Below, piece by piece: positions 13,038 through 26,387 of a DNA stretch of 64,000 bases. Source of the stretch: Anthoceros angustus (lineage: Eukaryota > Plantae > Anthocerotophyta). Each line of letters starts with the position of its first letter. The first letter of the stretch is position 1. Location: positions 1,984,001-2,048,000 of the forward strand of contig VJWM01000025.1 in assembly GCA_010909165.1 (NCBI GenBank), given 5' to 3'. The position numbers were made by a program, and so were the translations under genes. The notes beneath the pieces were generated by a model. The model saw only the letters and a list, made by a program, of their open reading frames with translations. It did no database searches and was not told where the DNA came from.

Positions 13038-13839
13038 CGCGCACGGCTATCACCAGACTTGCTTGCCCATCTAACCTAACCGGACATTCCAGGTCTGTTT
13101 TCCTTTTCACTGCAACGATCACCCCACCTCTATCTCAAAAATAAGCCACGCATGATGCAGAGGTACCTACCAGGAGTAATAGGTACCTGCCACGCTTGGC
13201 CCTTATCATATATAGTAAGGTATATCGAAATATTAATAAATATATATATTGGTCATATACTTCTGTAGGTTTAGTTAGAGTTTAGATTATGCCTAGCCAA
13301 GCTTATCATATGGTTGCCAAGAGCATGGCTAGAGAATAGTATATCAGGCGAGTTTTTTAGAAACTATCTTTGTTCTAGATATTTTCTATATGCTCTCTAA
13401 AACCGGCGATCTTGAGCGTGAGATAAATTTATAAAATATGAACTTGGACTATATATATGGGTGCGAGACTAATTAGTAAAACTTGAACTTGGATTATATG
13501 TGCATCGTTATATATTTGAATAAAAATGGGACACTTGTTACTTCACTATCATGCGTACAACAATTCTCTGGCCCGTGGGCCCTGGTACTGGGTTGAGAAA
13601 AATATATAATTAATATTTCCATCATCCTAGATTTTTTTCCCTAATTTACATTTTATTTTGTAGCTGATTATATAATATAATATTATCAAAGAAACTATAA
13701 TTGTTTATACTTATAATCTCTTCAGTGTGCTCAATTCATTCTTTATTGAGAGGAGAAGATGATGGAGGAGAGCCCATCAAGCAAAGAATATCAAAGGGAG
13801 ATTCCAATGGCCGCGATAAAAAGGAACAACTAAGCTTTG

Positions 13840-14795
13840 TCCCTAAAGCCACCTCCTGCACCATCAATGTCATTGTGCTCAATTTACGCATTGTCAAAGG
13901 CTAAAAGGAGTTCGAGCAAGATAACAAGTTGTGTGTTTTCTTTAGGATAAAAACGATGGGAAGAAGCCCATCTAATAGGGGACAACTAAAAAGGATGGGA
14001 AGAAGCCCATCTAATAGGGGACAACTAAAAAGGACCTGAGAGTCAAGGTGAAAAGGAGCATTTAAGGCACGGCGGACAAAGTACAGGTCAGCCCGGATTG
14101 AGCGACCTGTACGAAGAGTGTACTCTCCCTCCCTCTAGGCCATGTAACCACTTTCACGAGCAATGGCAATGACATCGCGGATGGCGTCATGGTTGCCGAT
14201 GCGGTGACCTCCCGTGGGGACAACAAGCAAGATGTACCCCAGAGTCATCAAGGGCAGAGCTGCACTCATAGGTGAGGAGGGAAGACGCCACAGGTTGGAG
14301 TCGGCCAAGACGAAATCCCATCACAGTGGTGAAGTTGGTTGGTGTGATAACAAAACCCCGTATGCATGGACAAGCCAGAAGCCAAGCGCGTGCCCCCTTA
14401 CCAGAACAAGAGCACAGCCGAGCTCTTGTGGACCTAAGGATGGAGGAGTATAGGAGGACAAATTGGAAAGCCTGGCCAAGCTGCTTCTCGAGCAGTGATA
14501 CCTGCAACTCCCTGTTGGTGATGAAGGTCAAAAAAGGAGGTAGTTCCCGCCGAGCGTCCGCAAAAAGCATGTTCCTGGCCTGCCTCAAGAAAATTTGGAG
14601 GGGGAAGGTTCCCTCCTCTACACCAGTTATGAGATCCTCTAGAAAGGGCCTATCACGAAGGATGAAGCGAGAGTCCAAAGCAGGGGCTAAGAGGGCCCAA
14701 CTGCCCAAGAAAGCCGTTGGGGAAGAAACCTCCGATGAAAGTAAGCCGGTGCCCCCAAATTGCACTGGCATGGACGCTTGCCAACGAGCTAAAAG
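13840..14795 (-). mobile_element. Degenerate CRE-like non-LTR retrotransposon fragment (post-RT region, zinc knuckle, start of RLE)
   Basis: PVQFGGTGL...AFLGSW...RARLCSCSGKGARAWL...FRLG...DDSGVHLACC, frameshifted into HDAIRD...RADL. Confidence 0.7.
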
Positions 14796-15399
14796 TTAGG
14801 TTTGGCAACTAAACGGGAATCTACTTTAGCAGCTACATTAAGTTCGGCACAATCATCCTAGATGCGCGAGAAGAAACTATGTTGCAACGAAGAGGATCGC
14901 ATACATTTTGTTTTCCTAAGGTTAAGAATATGTGCCACTTTTTTGGTAGGAAGAATAGATTTTTTTTACGTCTTAAGCCCATAAGCCTTAGGAAAGTCTC
15001 AATTATCGAAGATATTATCCGTCTGAAAAGCTGTATAAAGTGTATTTCAAGTACGGATCAAAAACCTAAAGTGTATTTCAAGTACGGATCAGAAGCCGAG
15101 CCTCCGCTAACGCACAACAATCTCTTTACCCTAACTTGAGCTTAATGCAGAATCCAAACCATCATCATATTATTCCCAGATCTTAACCCCAAACTAGCCA
15201 ACCTAGTCCAATAAAGTCTTTCGACCTATGTTCTTTAACATTGCCCCTGATTTTTGTATGGCACAGATCACATTATGGTTTCCTTTTGTGGTAATTTTTT
15301 CCCTTTAAATTAAAAAATATATTTGAAAACATTTTGATCAATAGATCTGGTCTAAACGCGAAAGAATCTTCCAAAAACCTCTCCAACCCATCAAGAAAC

Positions 15400-17190
15400 G
15401 GAAGCCATTATTAAGACGCAGGAGACCAAGCCAAGGAGCACTACCCCCCACGATTGCTCATCTTGAAACTACCTACAGCGCGAAGAATTCCGTGGTGAGG
15501 GATATGAAAAGGCCTACCTATCACAGGGGCCGAAGTTGACGGATCCCCAACGCTTGCCGCTGTCCTGTACACCACTATCGTCAACGCCCTCTGCAGATTG
15601 ATGGACACTCGTTGCCTGAAGAAAGCCACAATACAAGAAAGGGGGAGACCAATCTCATACTTGCGATTGTAGTTTGCCTTGGCATAGGCCTTAACAAACC
15701 TAGAGAAATCCTTGTCCATGGCCCCGTGAGTCTCAATGGTAAGGGGGATGAAGGTGTGGCCATCCTGCATTGAGAGTACTTGTGGACCTTTGTGTCGTGC
15801 ACCCCTCCGTCGCCCATCCCGGAGAATTGTGGATAACACGATCACAAACATTGTCCAAGGTGGGATATGTTACAACCACATCAGCAATAGGAACCTGGTC
15901 CGCCGGGTCAAAAATAAGTCACCCTTGAGAAATGCCGTTGAATAGGCTGTAAGGGCGCTCTCTATAGGGAATAAACCCGCTCTCGTCAGGAAGGAAGAAC
16001 ATGACGTCCCGGACGGTGTCATGCATAGCAGCGCTGCCCGCCAGTGGGATAGCCAGTCAGGTGAGTCCTATTAAGCGGGGCCGCACATCTACATGTTGAG
16101 AGAGAGAGGCCAGAGGTTGGGCCAAACCCAGGCAAAATCTCATTGCAGTAGAAAAAGTTGCAAGTATGATGCGGAACGCATGGAAACTGGGCTGGGCCAA
16201 AAGCTAGGAATCTGCTCTCTTCCTTGAGCAAGAGCGGAGGTGAGTTGGAGTGGGCATGGGAATGGAGAAATCCTGGAGAAGGGCCAGCTGCACGTGCCCA
16301 TAATGCTTCTCCAGGAGAGACGCTTGAAGCCCACGCAACCCAACCTCAAGGAGCGAGGAAAAATGAAGCAGGGTGGCCCTAGTCTATGAAGATAAAGATC
16401 CCCTGGCCAACCTTAAAAATGCCAGTAGCGGGAAAGCCTCCATTTCAATGCCCTAGACCAAGGCCTCCAAGATGCACAAATCCGGGTTAAGAAACGGGAG
16501 GCCAGGATGGGGGCAGAGAGGGCCCAACACTCTAAGAAAGACACTGGCATAGAGGCCTCTATGACCAAAAGACTAGTGCCCCCAAAAGCGGCAGGAAGAA
16601 ATGCCTGCCACTCGCCAAATCCCCGGCAGCGCACTCAAAGATGCCCGGGCCGATGATGTCGCCCAACGCTTACATAATCTGTTTGTCAAAAACCATCCGG
16701 CAAAATAAAAAAACCGCGGAGGAAAGGTATTTTGGCCGGCCGCATAGCAGGAAGAGAGGATTCCAAATGCCACTTGCAGGTCCCCCAATCGAGAAAGGTC
16801 TCTAATATAGGCCAAGTCCTTCCTCAAGCCCGTGTCCATGTATTCCTGTATGAAGACCGAGGGCCCCACCGGGATGCCAAGAACTGAAAGCCCTCGCAGA
16901 GAAGCAATATCCCCCTCTGGATACTGAAGGACTACCTGTATGTGATAGTGACTAACGATATCCACATCCTGGGGCCTGGGGACAAGCTTAAGGAGGCTTT
17001 TGAATTCTTCTCCTTAGAGGTCTCTCGCCCTTGGCTTGAAAGTCAAGATCTTAAAGTGCAGGGTTTGGTCTCCTTTGAGGAGATAATTAAAGACAGAGCC
17101 CGGAAGTGCGTCATAGCGAAGAAGGCACCCCCCAAAGGATCACCCTGTCTTGTGCCCGTTGCCGAGTCTAGCACAGAAACTTCTTCCACC
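15400..17190 (-). mobile_element. Degenerate CRE-like non-LTR retrotransposon (RT plus restriction-like endonuclease), 5'-truncated, with an internal inversion
   Basis: SATGTRQGDPLGGAFF; GLSVLGIPVGPSVF...LGDLQVAFGIL; C-terminal FIPLTIETHG...FFRQRVSINLQRAL. Confidence 0.75.
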
Positions 17191-17199
17191 GAGGCTCCA

Positions 17200-20100
17200 T
17201 GTTAACAGTTGTGGACAAGGGAAGAACGGTAGACTCCCCCTGAGGAAGGTAATAGGAGTGGTTTTTGTTTTTTTTTCAGTGTTTGGTGTGAGGTATAAGA
17301 CGGAAAAAGGGAAAATAAGGCTGAATGGACCGGATTACGACGGAGGGGAAGCACTGAAGAAAGGGCCCGTGCCGGATAACGTCAGGAACTTCGGAGTGGA
17401 GTCCGGAAAAACCCAGGAGCGAATTAAGGTCCGATGGAACGAGTTACCACGGAACGAATTAAGTCCGATGGAACGAGTTACCGCGGAGCGGGGGTGGAGC
17501 GTAATGGGCAAGCAGGACACGTGGACGGTGCCAAGTGGAAGACTGACTTGCAGCAGACTAGGACCGCAGAGTTGTCAGTGCTTGGTGGAGAAGAACATCG
17601 TAACCCGCGCTACGATTTGACCCCCGAGCGGAGCGGTGTGGTGGCACTGGACATCTTCCAGTGGTGTGGACTTCTGACGGTGGCGTTGGTCCGAAATGCA
17701 CTGGAAGATGTTGGTGGTGGTGAGCAAGGTTGTTCACTCCAAGAGTTTGAGGGAGGACCCGAGGAGATGGACGGTGGAGGTCCTTCGGGTGGTTTACAAC
17801 CGCCCAGCAGAGGAGGTGGGGGGTGTAGTGCCGGAGCCCCTGAACGTGAAGGGGAGGATGGAGGTAGCCAAGGTAGCACTGTTGAAGCCCGGGACTCAGA
17901 GGTCCTCCAACGGTTGGTTGATGTCGGACCTGCTGGACCGACGGGTGAGGGCAGTGATGAAAATCATCGTCCACTGGAATGCTCACCAAGGTGGACCACC
18001 TGGGGGATAACCTGCTGGTCTTCCTGCACGCCCTCCTAAGGGGCAAGAGGGCGGATTAGGAGTGAATTATCTTTGCCCGGATAGCCTAGGAGGCTCGGAA
18101 GTTGCGCAACGAACGGCCTCCCTCTTCCGCGCTGTCCCCTTTCATCGTGCATATGTGGGGACACCTCACCCTCCTTAAGGAGAGAGAAGAGGCAGGCCCT
18201 CCGACGGAGGTACTCCTGGGAGAGGGCAAGGAGGAGGCGTGGGACCGGGCCACCACCCGGCCAAGGCACGACGTACCCAGGAGGAGGAAGACTGGAAGGG
18301 CATTCCAGACGCCATCCGCCTGGAACGGACTCCTTCCCCATGAAGGGAAGTATGGGAAGAAATCCCCGATTCCCTTCTCTTGGTCCCCCAGATGGGTCCC
18401 AGTGCTACAAGAGATAGCTGCCAATAGCACCAATAGTGACAAGGCTCACTCCAGACCCGACTGTCAAGCCCCGGCGGACTAGAACGGAGGCGCGGAAGAA
18501 AAAGCAGGCGCCCAACTCCACTGCCCTAGTGACGGCACCGGTGCCCTTACCCTGCTAGCCAGGTGGGCGGGGTGGGAGGCGGTGAGATGGGCGGGCGGGG
18601 CTGCCCGAGCCAGAGGCCAGCAGCATCACTCGGAGCCGGTCCTCTCCCCTACGAGGAGAGGGAAGTGAGCCAGCTCCCGGACCCCTTCACCCCCACCGGA
18701 CCCAAAGCGAAGAAGATAAGAGAAGGAATTGGCTGCGAAACGGGCAGAGGAAGTGGACGGATCTGCTTCGGATGGACAGGACCTAAGGGTCCTGATTGGG
18801 TCCGGAGTACCCAATGATTGAGTGCGGTCCTTGATGGACCGGAGTACCCAATGATTGAGTGTGGTCCTTGACGGACCGGAGTACCCAATGACTGAGTGCG
18901 GTCCTTGACGGACCGGAGTACCTAATGATTGAGTGCGGTCCTTGATGGTTGAGATGCCCGTGTCACCGGTGGGGTTCTTGGGAGCATCGCCGGCGGTGGC
19001 CGTGGAAGAGACACAGCGAGTCTTGGCGGCCGTCATGGACGACATGTTGTGGGGACTCTGTGGAACTGCAGAGAAGATCCAAGAAGTGGAGGCCACCCGA
19101 AGGCGAATGGTGGAGCTTCAGGGTCAAACTGGAGGCGGCCTAGGCAGCCAGGAAGAAGGCGGAGTCACTCGCCAAGATCGAGGAGGAGAAGCGCCGGACG
19201 GCGGCGACGGAGGCAAGGTCCGCCCAGCGGGATAGGGCTCGGGTGCTCCAGCTATGTTAACAGTTGAAGCATGCCCAGGAGGCTCACGCACGAGCGGAGG
19301 ACCTGAGCCAGCAGGGCAAGGAAGGCAGCGGAGGAAGCGCGTCGGCAAGCGGAGGAGGCCAAGGATTTGGTCGAAACCGGGCGGAGGGAGTAGAGCCAGG
19401 TGCTAGAGGCTCAGCTGAAGGGAGCCAAGGAAGCTAAGGCCACCGCCAAGACCGACCGGGACCACTACCATAGGGACCGGAATCACTAGAGAGAGGCGGC
19501 TGGAGCGGCCACAGCTCGCCTGAAGGAGGAGCAAATGGTCGTAGAGCAAGCATGCAATGTCCACGGGGCCGAAATTATAACGGAGGTGCGGCTGAGGGAG
19601 CTGGGGGATCTTCGGTTGCACCTCCAAGAGGTGGGGGAGGCGCGCCAGGAGATGGAAGGCCATAAGGAGACTCTGGAGCTACGGCTCCAGGTGGTGGAGG
19701 AAAGGAACGGACTTCTCCAAGGACGGATCGGGGACCACGAGCGGGAGATAAAGAGGCTCCAGCTCGGCTTGAGAGTAGAAGAGGGTCATCGGTGAAGCAA
19801 GGAATTGGATGTCGCAGAGCTTGAGAGAGAGCTAGCCGATGCCAAACGTTTGGTCGAACTCCCAGGTCGGTTGGAAAAGGACATGGTTGTCCTGAGCAAG
19901 AAGGTGCGGACCAGGAACGCTGGCAGAAAGAGGAGCAGAAGTTGCTAGTCCGTTTGCGAAGGGCAGAAGGAGAAGCCGAATCCTTGATAGGACAGTTGGC
20001 CGCTCTGCGAAGGGAGCAAGAGACGGAGCAAGCCAACGAGAAGCAGCGGCTTCAGGAGCTGGAAGAAGCCTTCTTAGCGGCTTCCTAAGATGCTGCCAGA

Positions 20101-22150
20101 GCCAGGCTAGATGACCTCGCGGCGGGAACGGCTCAACAAGCGATCAGGCATGCCCGACTACCAAAGAACCTTTGGAGACGGGAATACAGAGTGCTCCGAG
20201 CCCACGTAGAGGAGGCCATCAAGCAGATCGACTCGGACTTTGCGTACTACTACTCGGAGCCATTGAGAGCGGTGGGGGCAGTCCACCAGGCTGCTGAGAT
20301 TGTAGGGCCACTAGAAGAGTCGGAGGGGACCTGGAGAGAAGAAGGTCTAGGAGAAAGCGCGGCTGCAGGGAATTTGGGCGCCCTGTTTGGGGACGAGAGC
20401 AACAGCGAGGAGGATTAGACGGATGGGAGGCGGCCGGGAGAAGACGGCGGAGTAGCAACGACGAGGCAAGAGGTAGGTCTACTGCACCCACCGCCTAGCA
20501 TGGGGGGTGTAGAGGAAAGTGCTATAGAGGAGGGAAGGTCGGAGAGAGAGGAGGAGATGGTGCAGGGGGACGGGGAATCCCAGGAGGGTCCGGGTGCCTG
20601 AGGAGGGTCCAGCTCCAATAGACCGGACTCCGGAGGAGAGGACAGACCCAGTGGTCCGGACTCAGGAGGAGGAAACGGACCCAGTGGTCCAGACTCCTAA
20701 GGAGGTAGGGGACGGACCCAGGGGTCCGGGCTCAGGAGGTAAGGACGGACTCGGAAGATCGACTTCCAGGGCTGGGGACGGACTTGGTCGGGGGTCAGGC
20801 TCGACCAGCCCAGGACGAACGGACCACGAAAGGACCTGAGGGATGGGGTCCCACCAGCGCATCAGGGGACAGCGAGGAGGAGGACTTAATAGTAACAGCA
20901 GTTGTCAGTCCACCCCCAGTGGCGCAGCCTGACAGGGTTAAAGGTAGGGGAAAGGCCTCTGCGGGACTCCGGGGGTCAAGGATAATCCGATTAGGCGCTC
21001 AGGCGCCCAGAGCCGGGATTGGGCCTGATCGAGTTAGTCGAGTCGAATGACCCCACCGTAGAGCGAGATAGACCACGGAATGGGGCCACTCGTGCGTGCA
21101 TAGTGAGCTGGCCATAAGGCCGATTTAGGAGTGTAATAAAGGAACTGCCTCGGAACATAGTATAAGGGGGGGGTTGCCATTCGAGTAAAGTGATCTTTCT
21201 TTTGGGGTTGATGCCGCATTACACTTGCAGATGTTTATAAGTCCAGTACTAACGCGAGTCCCGAGTCACCGAGCGGGCGGACTACTCTGGAGAGAGAGAG
21301 AGGAGGAGATGGTGCGGGGGAATCCTGGGAGGGTCCGGGTGCACGAGGAGGTCCGGCTCCAATGACCGGACTCGGAGGAGAGCAGAACCCGGTGGTCCGG
21401 ACTCGAGGAGGAAAGCGGACCCGATGGTCCGGACTCCTAAGGAGGTAGGGGACGGACCCGGTCGGGCTCGAGGAGGAGGACGGACTCGGAAGATCGACTT
21501 CCCTGGGGGCCGGACTTGGTGAGGTCGGGCTCGACCGGCCCGAAACGGACCACGAAAGGACACGAGGATGGGGTCCCACCAGCGCATCGAGGGGAGAGGA
21601 GGACTTAAATGCTTGTTGTCAGTCCACCCCGGTGGCGCAGCAGCGGGAGTTAAAGGTAGGGAAAGGCCTCTGCGGGACTCCGGGGGTCAAGGATAATCCG
21701 ATTAAGGCGCCTCAGCGCCAGGCTGAGATTGGGCCTTGACATGAGAGTTAGTCGTAGTCAAGCCATACCCAGAAGTAGCGTGGAATGGGACCACGCTCGG
21801 AATGGGGGCCACTCGTGCGTGCATAGTGAGCTGGCCATAAGGCCGATTTAGGAGTGTAATAAAGGAACTGCCTCGGAACATAGTATAAGGGGGGGGTTGC
21901 CATTCGAGTAAAGTGATCTTTCTTTTGGGGTTGATGCCGCATTACACTTGCAGATGTTTATAAGTCCAGTACTAACGCGAGTCCCGAGTCACCGAGCGGG
22001 CGGACTACTCTGGAGAGACCGATCCAGGTTCTGGTGACGGACCTTAATGCATGGTGGTGAGTGCAGGTGTGGAGAACTCGGGATCCCTCCTCTTCCAGGG
22101 TAAGATCTCGGCGTCACCGGACTGTGGGCGAGTTAGCCATCTGTGGAAGG
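17200..22150 (+). mobile_element. Degenerate GC-rich LTR-retrotransposon-like element: broken accessory ORF, coiled-coil region and duplicated LTR-like end
   Basis: Frameshifted ORF pieces; about 740-bp tandem duplication (about 20550-21297 and 21298-22018) carrying AATAAA and TATAA; related sequence inverted at about 33052-33310. Confidence 0.55.
18802..18947. repeat. Tandem repeat, 37-bp unit x4
   Basis: ccggagtacccaatgattgagtgcggtccttga repeated. Confidence 0.9.
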
Positions 22151-22189
22151 CATGTAGAGCACAGGATCGACGCGATCGATGTGAAGCCC

Positions 22190-22530
22190 TCGCCTTAATT
22201 CACCCAGACTTGAATAAACAATTTATCATTGCAACTATTGCGTTGAATAAAGCCGTGGGATCAGTCCTCAAGTAGGAGTTGGGCAAGGGTTTGCAGCCGA
22301 TAGCGTTCTTCAGTAAAAAATTGAAGAGCGCAGAACTCAACTATCCTATACACGAGAAGGAAACCTTAGCTCATGTATTAACACTTCGACAATAGAGATG
22401 CTTTGTGGAGGGTACTATCTTTATCTTTGAAACCGACCAGAGTCCTTTATGTTACTTACAAATTTAAACTCAGCCACATTTGTCACGAAAACAAGCTAGA
22501 TGGCTGAAGTTTTTCTAGAAGTTCGATTTT
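22190..22530 (+). mobile_element. Ty3/gypsy RNase H pseudogene fragment
   Basis: HPDLNKQFII...[27 protein letters not shown]...LSRKQARWL, with stop codons. Confidence 0.85.
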
Positions 22531-23199
22531 TGAGTTAACTTAACAAAAAAAGGATAATTGAGGTTGAAGTTGCACATATGTTGTCCTTGCCTTGCTTATA
22601 CTTTTAGTATCAAGACAACAGGGTCACAAATGCTCTCACAGATGTGGTGTTGAGCAACCATTTTCATAGATGTGCACCTTCAACCTCTATGGATTCCAAA
22701 CTCCAGCAAGCATTGCTTACCGTAAGCAATGCTTGCTGGAGAGGCAACATCAGCCTCCACAGAGGCGTACATATAATTTGAAGCCTAGATTTGAGTCCTT
22801 TATCGAACATGGCAGACAACCACGTAGATTCCCTCATAAAAGGCAATCAAAAGTGCATGAGATGAAATGTGCAGAGGTTTGTATTACCAACAGCGCCTGG
22901 ATAGAAAGGGGTTTCTCCGGCAAAAAGAGTTTATGGCTAAAATCCCCCTTTTTTTTTTTGGCAAAAATGCGTGTACCCTAAAAAAAAAGCAAAAAAAAGC
23001 TTGAGGATGTTCATTAATTTTAATGTAGTGTTCAAACACGCGGCACCATAACCTGAATGTTCATTTGGTCACAACGTGCCGCATCCATGGTAGGACACCG
23101 CGATTTTGAAGGGGGGAAGATAATTTAAATTGTCCGTTACACCCTATTTGTGCAGTCAGCCGTTCATCCCATACAAGCATTTTTGTTAGAAAATAGACA

Positions 23200-23530
23200 G
23201 AACGAGATGAGTGTGCAAACTTGTTTGCGCACCCAACGTGGCAATGTGCAAGCCCGTTTGTGCAAAATGAGCAAGAAGATCCAAACACAAACATGTTTGC
23301 GCATTCGGGGGCAAGAAGACCTAGGTGTGAGCAGCTGGGGGCAAGGGGGCCCAGGTGGGCAAACAAGTGCACGTACCAGGGGGCAAGGGGGCTCAGGTTG
23401 GCGAACAAGTACACACACCCATGGTCTAAGGGGCCTAGATGCGCGCACCTGTGTCCACAGGCAAGGGGGCCCAGGTGTGAGGGGGCCCTGGTGCACGCAC
23501 CCAAGGTTAAGAAGGCCTTAGGGGCATGAA
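23200..23530. repeat. Degenerate internal repeats (gcaagggggcccaggtg), probably a non-autonomous TE
   Basis: Motif recurs about 5 times. Confidence 0.5.
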
Positions 23531-24094
23531 CCCATACGGTTCATGCCTCCTGGTGCATTCCTAGACGGTTCATTCAAAGAAAAAAAAAAACAAAAAATAG
23601 TAAAAAACTAAACTCCAAAAAATTACAAAAAATCCATTTTTTAAGGCAGGTGAACGCACTTATTTGCACTAAAATTTTGGCTTTTTTTTTTGCTTCTTTT
23701 TATTTTTTATGTTTTTGTTGTAAAGGGTTCCTTTTGGCATCTTTAACTGTCTAAGATACAAGGTCCTGTAGAATTCCCAGAGCGAGAGTATAGTCTAAGG
23801 ATTGAGTGGTACGAGTGAAAGGTTGGTGCGCAAACAGTTTATGCACCATAATCATAGCATGAGCCCTAAAGCCTCTATGTGTTTGTACACCATACTAATT
23901 GTGAGAATGACCTTCTTTTAGGCTGGCTCGGAATTGGATAAAGTTTAAAATCAAATACGTTTGTGCACGCGTGAATAAGACCTAAACTCTTTAAAGGTGT
24001 GTCCAAATAGCTTAGGCCAAATGGACACACCTTTATAAGAACGTCGTGATTAATCATCCTGAGCTTAGATCAGAACTTAGATGGGGTGCCTGAA

Positions 24095-24222
24095 GGGAGG
24101 GGATGCTCTTGGTGCAAGTAGCTTAGGCACACCATGGTACAAGTTGTTAGGTGCTAAGTCCGATGATGGAAATCCGTCCTTAGTGGACTTAAATAGAATT
24201 CTTCTTTTTCGTCTTCTTCTTC
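24095..24222 (+). mobile_element. Short interspersed retroposon 3' end with TTC-rich tail (copy 1 of 4)
   Basis: gaaatccgtccttagtggacttaaatagaattcttc...ttcttcttc; reverse-complement copies at 32152-32190, 35575-35697 and 61075-61146. Confidence 0.65.
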
Positions 24223-25079
24223 AAAACATCCGTTTTTAGTACGGATTTTTTAGCATGCAATTCCGTGTGCAAATAGGGTTAGTGGAGAAACCCCTCTCTA
24301 CCCAGACGCTTTTTACCCATGATTTCCGTAGATCCTGGTTTGGTGGACAGTGTTTGAGGACATTAGGGAAGGCAACATTCCGGGATTTGAGGTATCGGTT
24401 CCTTAGAATGTGCAGGCAAGAGCAGGAGATGCATCTACAATCCCTTTTTGATGTCTAGCATGGAAGTGATGGAAGGGTTAGGGTTGACTTATTTCTTATT
24501 CGAAGAGGAAAACTTTATTTATTGTAGAGAGGTATTCAAAGGCATTTATTGTATTGGATCTAGCCGGTACGAATAAGCAAAAGAGAAAGCCATAGGGAAC
24601 ATTGCATGGTCTGCCCTTCTTCGGTACGAAAGGCGGCCGAATCAGCATGTTGCAACAACTCTGGCGTGGATGAACCAACTATTCATGCTAATTGCTGAGA
24701 AAATGCCAAACATTGAAGTGCATCACTATCTTGACTCGTACACTAAAGGCGAGATTGTGGAGTCCCCAAATAAGGCCAGGTTATGGAGTCCTAGGGTATG
24801 AATTTTCTTTTTTTTGAATGGATTTGGTGTGTTGTATGGCATCTAGGAGGAATACGGGCACGAAAATGGGTGGTAGGGTGAACGAAGACACATGAGGCAC
24901 GTGATGTTGCGACACCTGCAAGGAGCATCGAGGTGGGAGGCAAGATGGAGACGGAGTTTAAGTGCTTCTAATAGGTGAGATAGGGCGATAGGTACGAAGG
25001 GGGGTTGGTCAGCTGAAGAAGAGACTCGCAAAAGAAACGGGGGAAAGCAACCGTGACTCTGGCTGGCCCTTCTCCTCCT

Positions 25080-25940
25080 CTCCTACACAGGCACTCCAAG
25101 ATACGCTTGGGGGCACGAATGGCAAGGAATCCCTGGAGCGCTCACAATAATGGGGAGGCTAGTAGTGGAGGCGCAACTTGGGGGCGCGAATGGCAAGGGT
25201 AGTAGCGAACAGGTACGGCCAAAATTTTGAAAGTTGCAAATGAAGGCCATCAACCTCCCCTCTAGTGTGGTGGAGCAGGCCCGGCCGCTGCTACTCGCCA
25301 AGGGCTTGGATTTCCTGCTGAGGCCCTAGATTTTGAAAGCCCTGACTTGGTGCAACAGTGCGCCAGGAGGGCCACGGAAGCGGAACAAGGAAGAGGGAGT
25401 TCCTTCTCGGACGTGCGCACCAACCCACTCTCCTAGACGGTTGGCGACTTCCTAGGTGCCTTTGGTCGGCCTGAGCAGGAGGCAGGGGGGAGAACACTCA
25501 AGAGGGCCCCGAAAAAGGCAAAGGTGGCCACGACACATGCCAATTTGTATGGGGGATCAAATTTTCCTGACAGGCTGTCCGCTCCGCCGGGAATGGATGG
25601 TTGATCAGGAGCCTGCCTAACCCCGAGCACAGGGCCATGGCGCGACTACTTCACGAGCTACACAAGGTAGCCAAGGAATATTACCTCAGTGATACCTACC
25701 TAGTGTTGCGGAGTGACGTGGTGGAAGGAGAGAACGTGGACTGCGCAGCCATCCTATTGGATAGGGCGACGCAGCTCCGGGATGAGCTGAAGAATGTTAA
25801 TGCGCCAACCGCCCTGACCCCCTTCCTTATCCATCTGTATGACTACCATCAGAGGTTGCGCCCCAAGGAAAGGGAGCAGACGATCTAGGCCATTGACATA
25901 AGGGAAGGAGAGACCGAGGAAGAGAGTTGGGGCGACAGCC
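25080..25940 (+). pseudogene. Degenerate TE accessory ORF, homologous to the ORF at about 17900-18190
   Basis: NGWLIRSLPNPEHRAM...TALTPFLIHLYDYHQRLRPKERE versus NGWLMSDLLDRRVRAV...SALSPFIVHMWGHLTLLKERE. Confidence 0.5.
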
Positions 25941-26387
25941 TAGACTCCGGGAATTCCCTGGGGGAGCGATGTGCGAGCCCTAATCCCCCAGCCAGAAAAC
26001 CAAAGACTAGGTTGGCCACCAGGGCCATAGCCGCTACCTCCAGAACAAGTCACACGGGGGAGGATGGGATGGACATGGAAGACCATTCCCTGTTGTTCGA
26101 AGCAAGAGGGTCGGTTGTGGAACTGCGAGCCCGCGCAGAGGTCAAGTCTGTATGGGAAACATGAAACCAGCATTAACCCATCGGTTATGCCAGTTCTAGA
26201 GGTAGTTTGGATGGTTCCTGAAACTGCCAGACAGTTATCTCGCTATCCTGTACACATAGACGTTTTGTTCTCTTTCTTTAATTAATGCAAGCATCTTACG
26301 ATCTATGCGCTCTCACCGCTTTCTGCTCCCCGATCCACCGCCTGTAGCAATGTATCTAGCACAAGGAAGCTAGTCCCAAATTCTTTA

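Noticed and set aside
18802-18947. Short regularly spaced repeats (also 29572-29745 and 32820-33050) as CRISPR-like arrays
   Set aside because: Head-to-tail tandem units with no unique spacers, in a eukaryotic context with no cas genes
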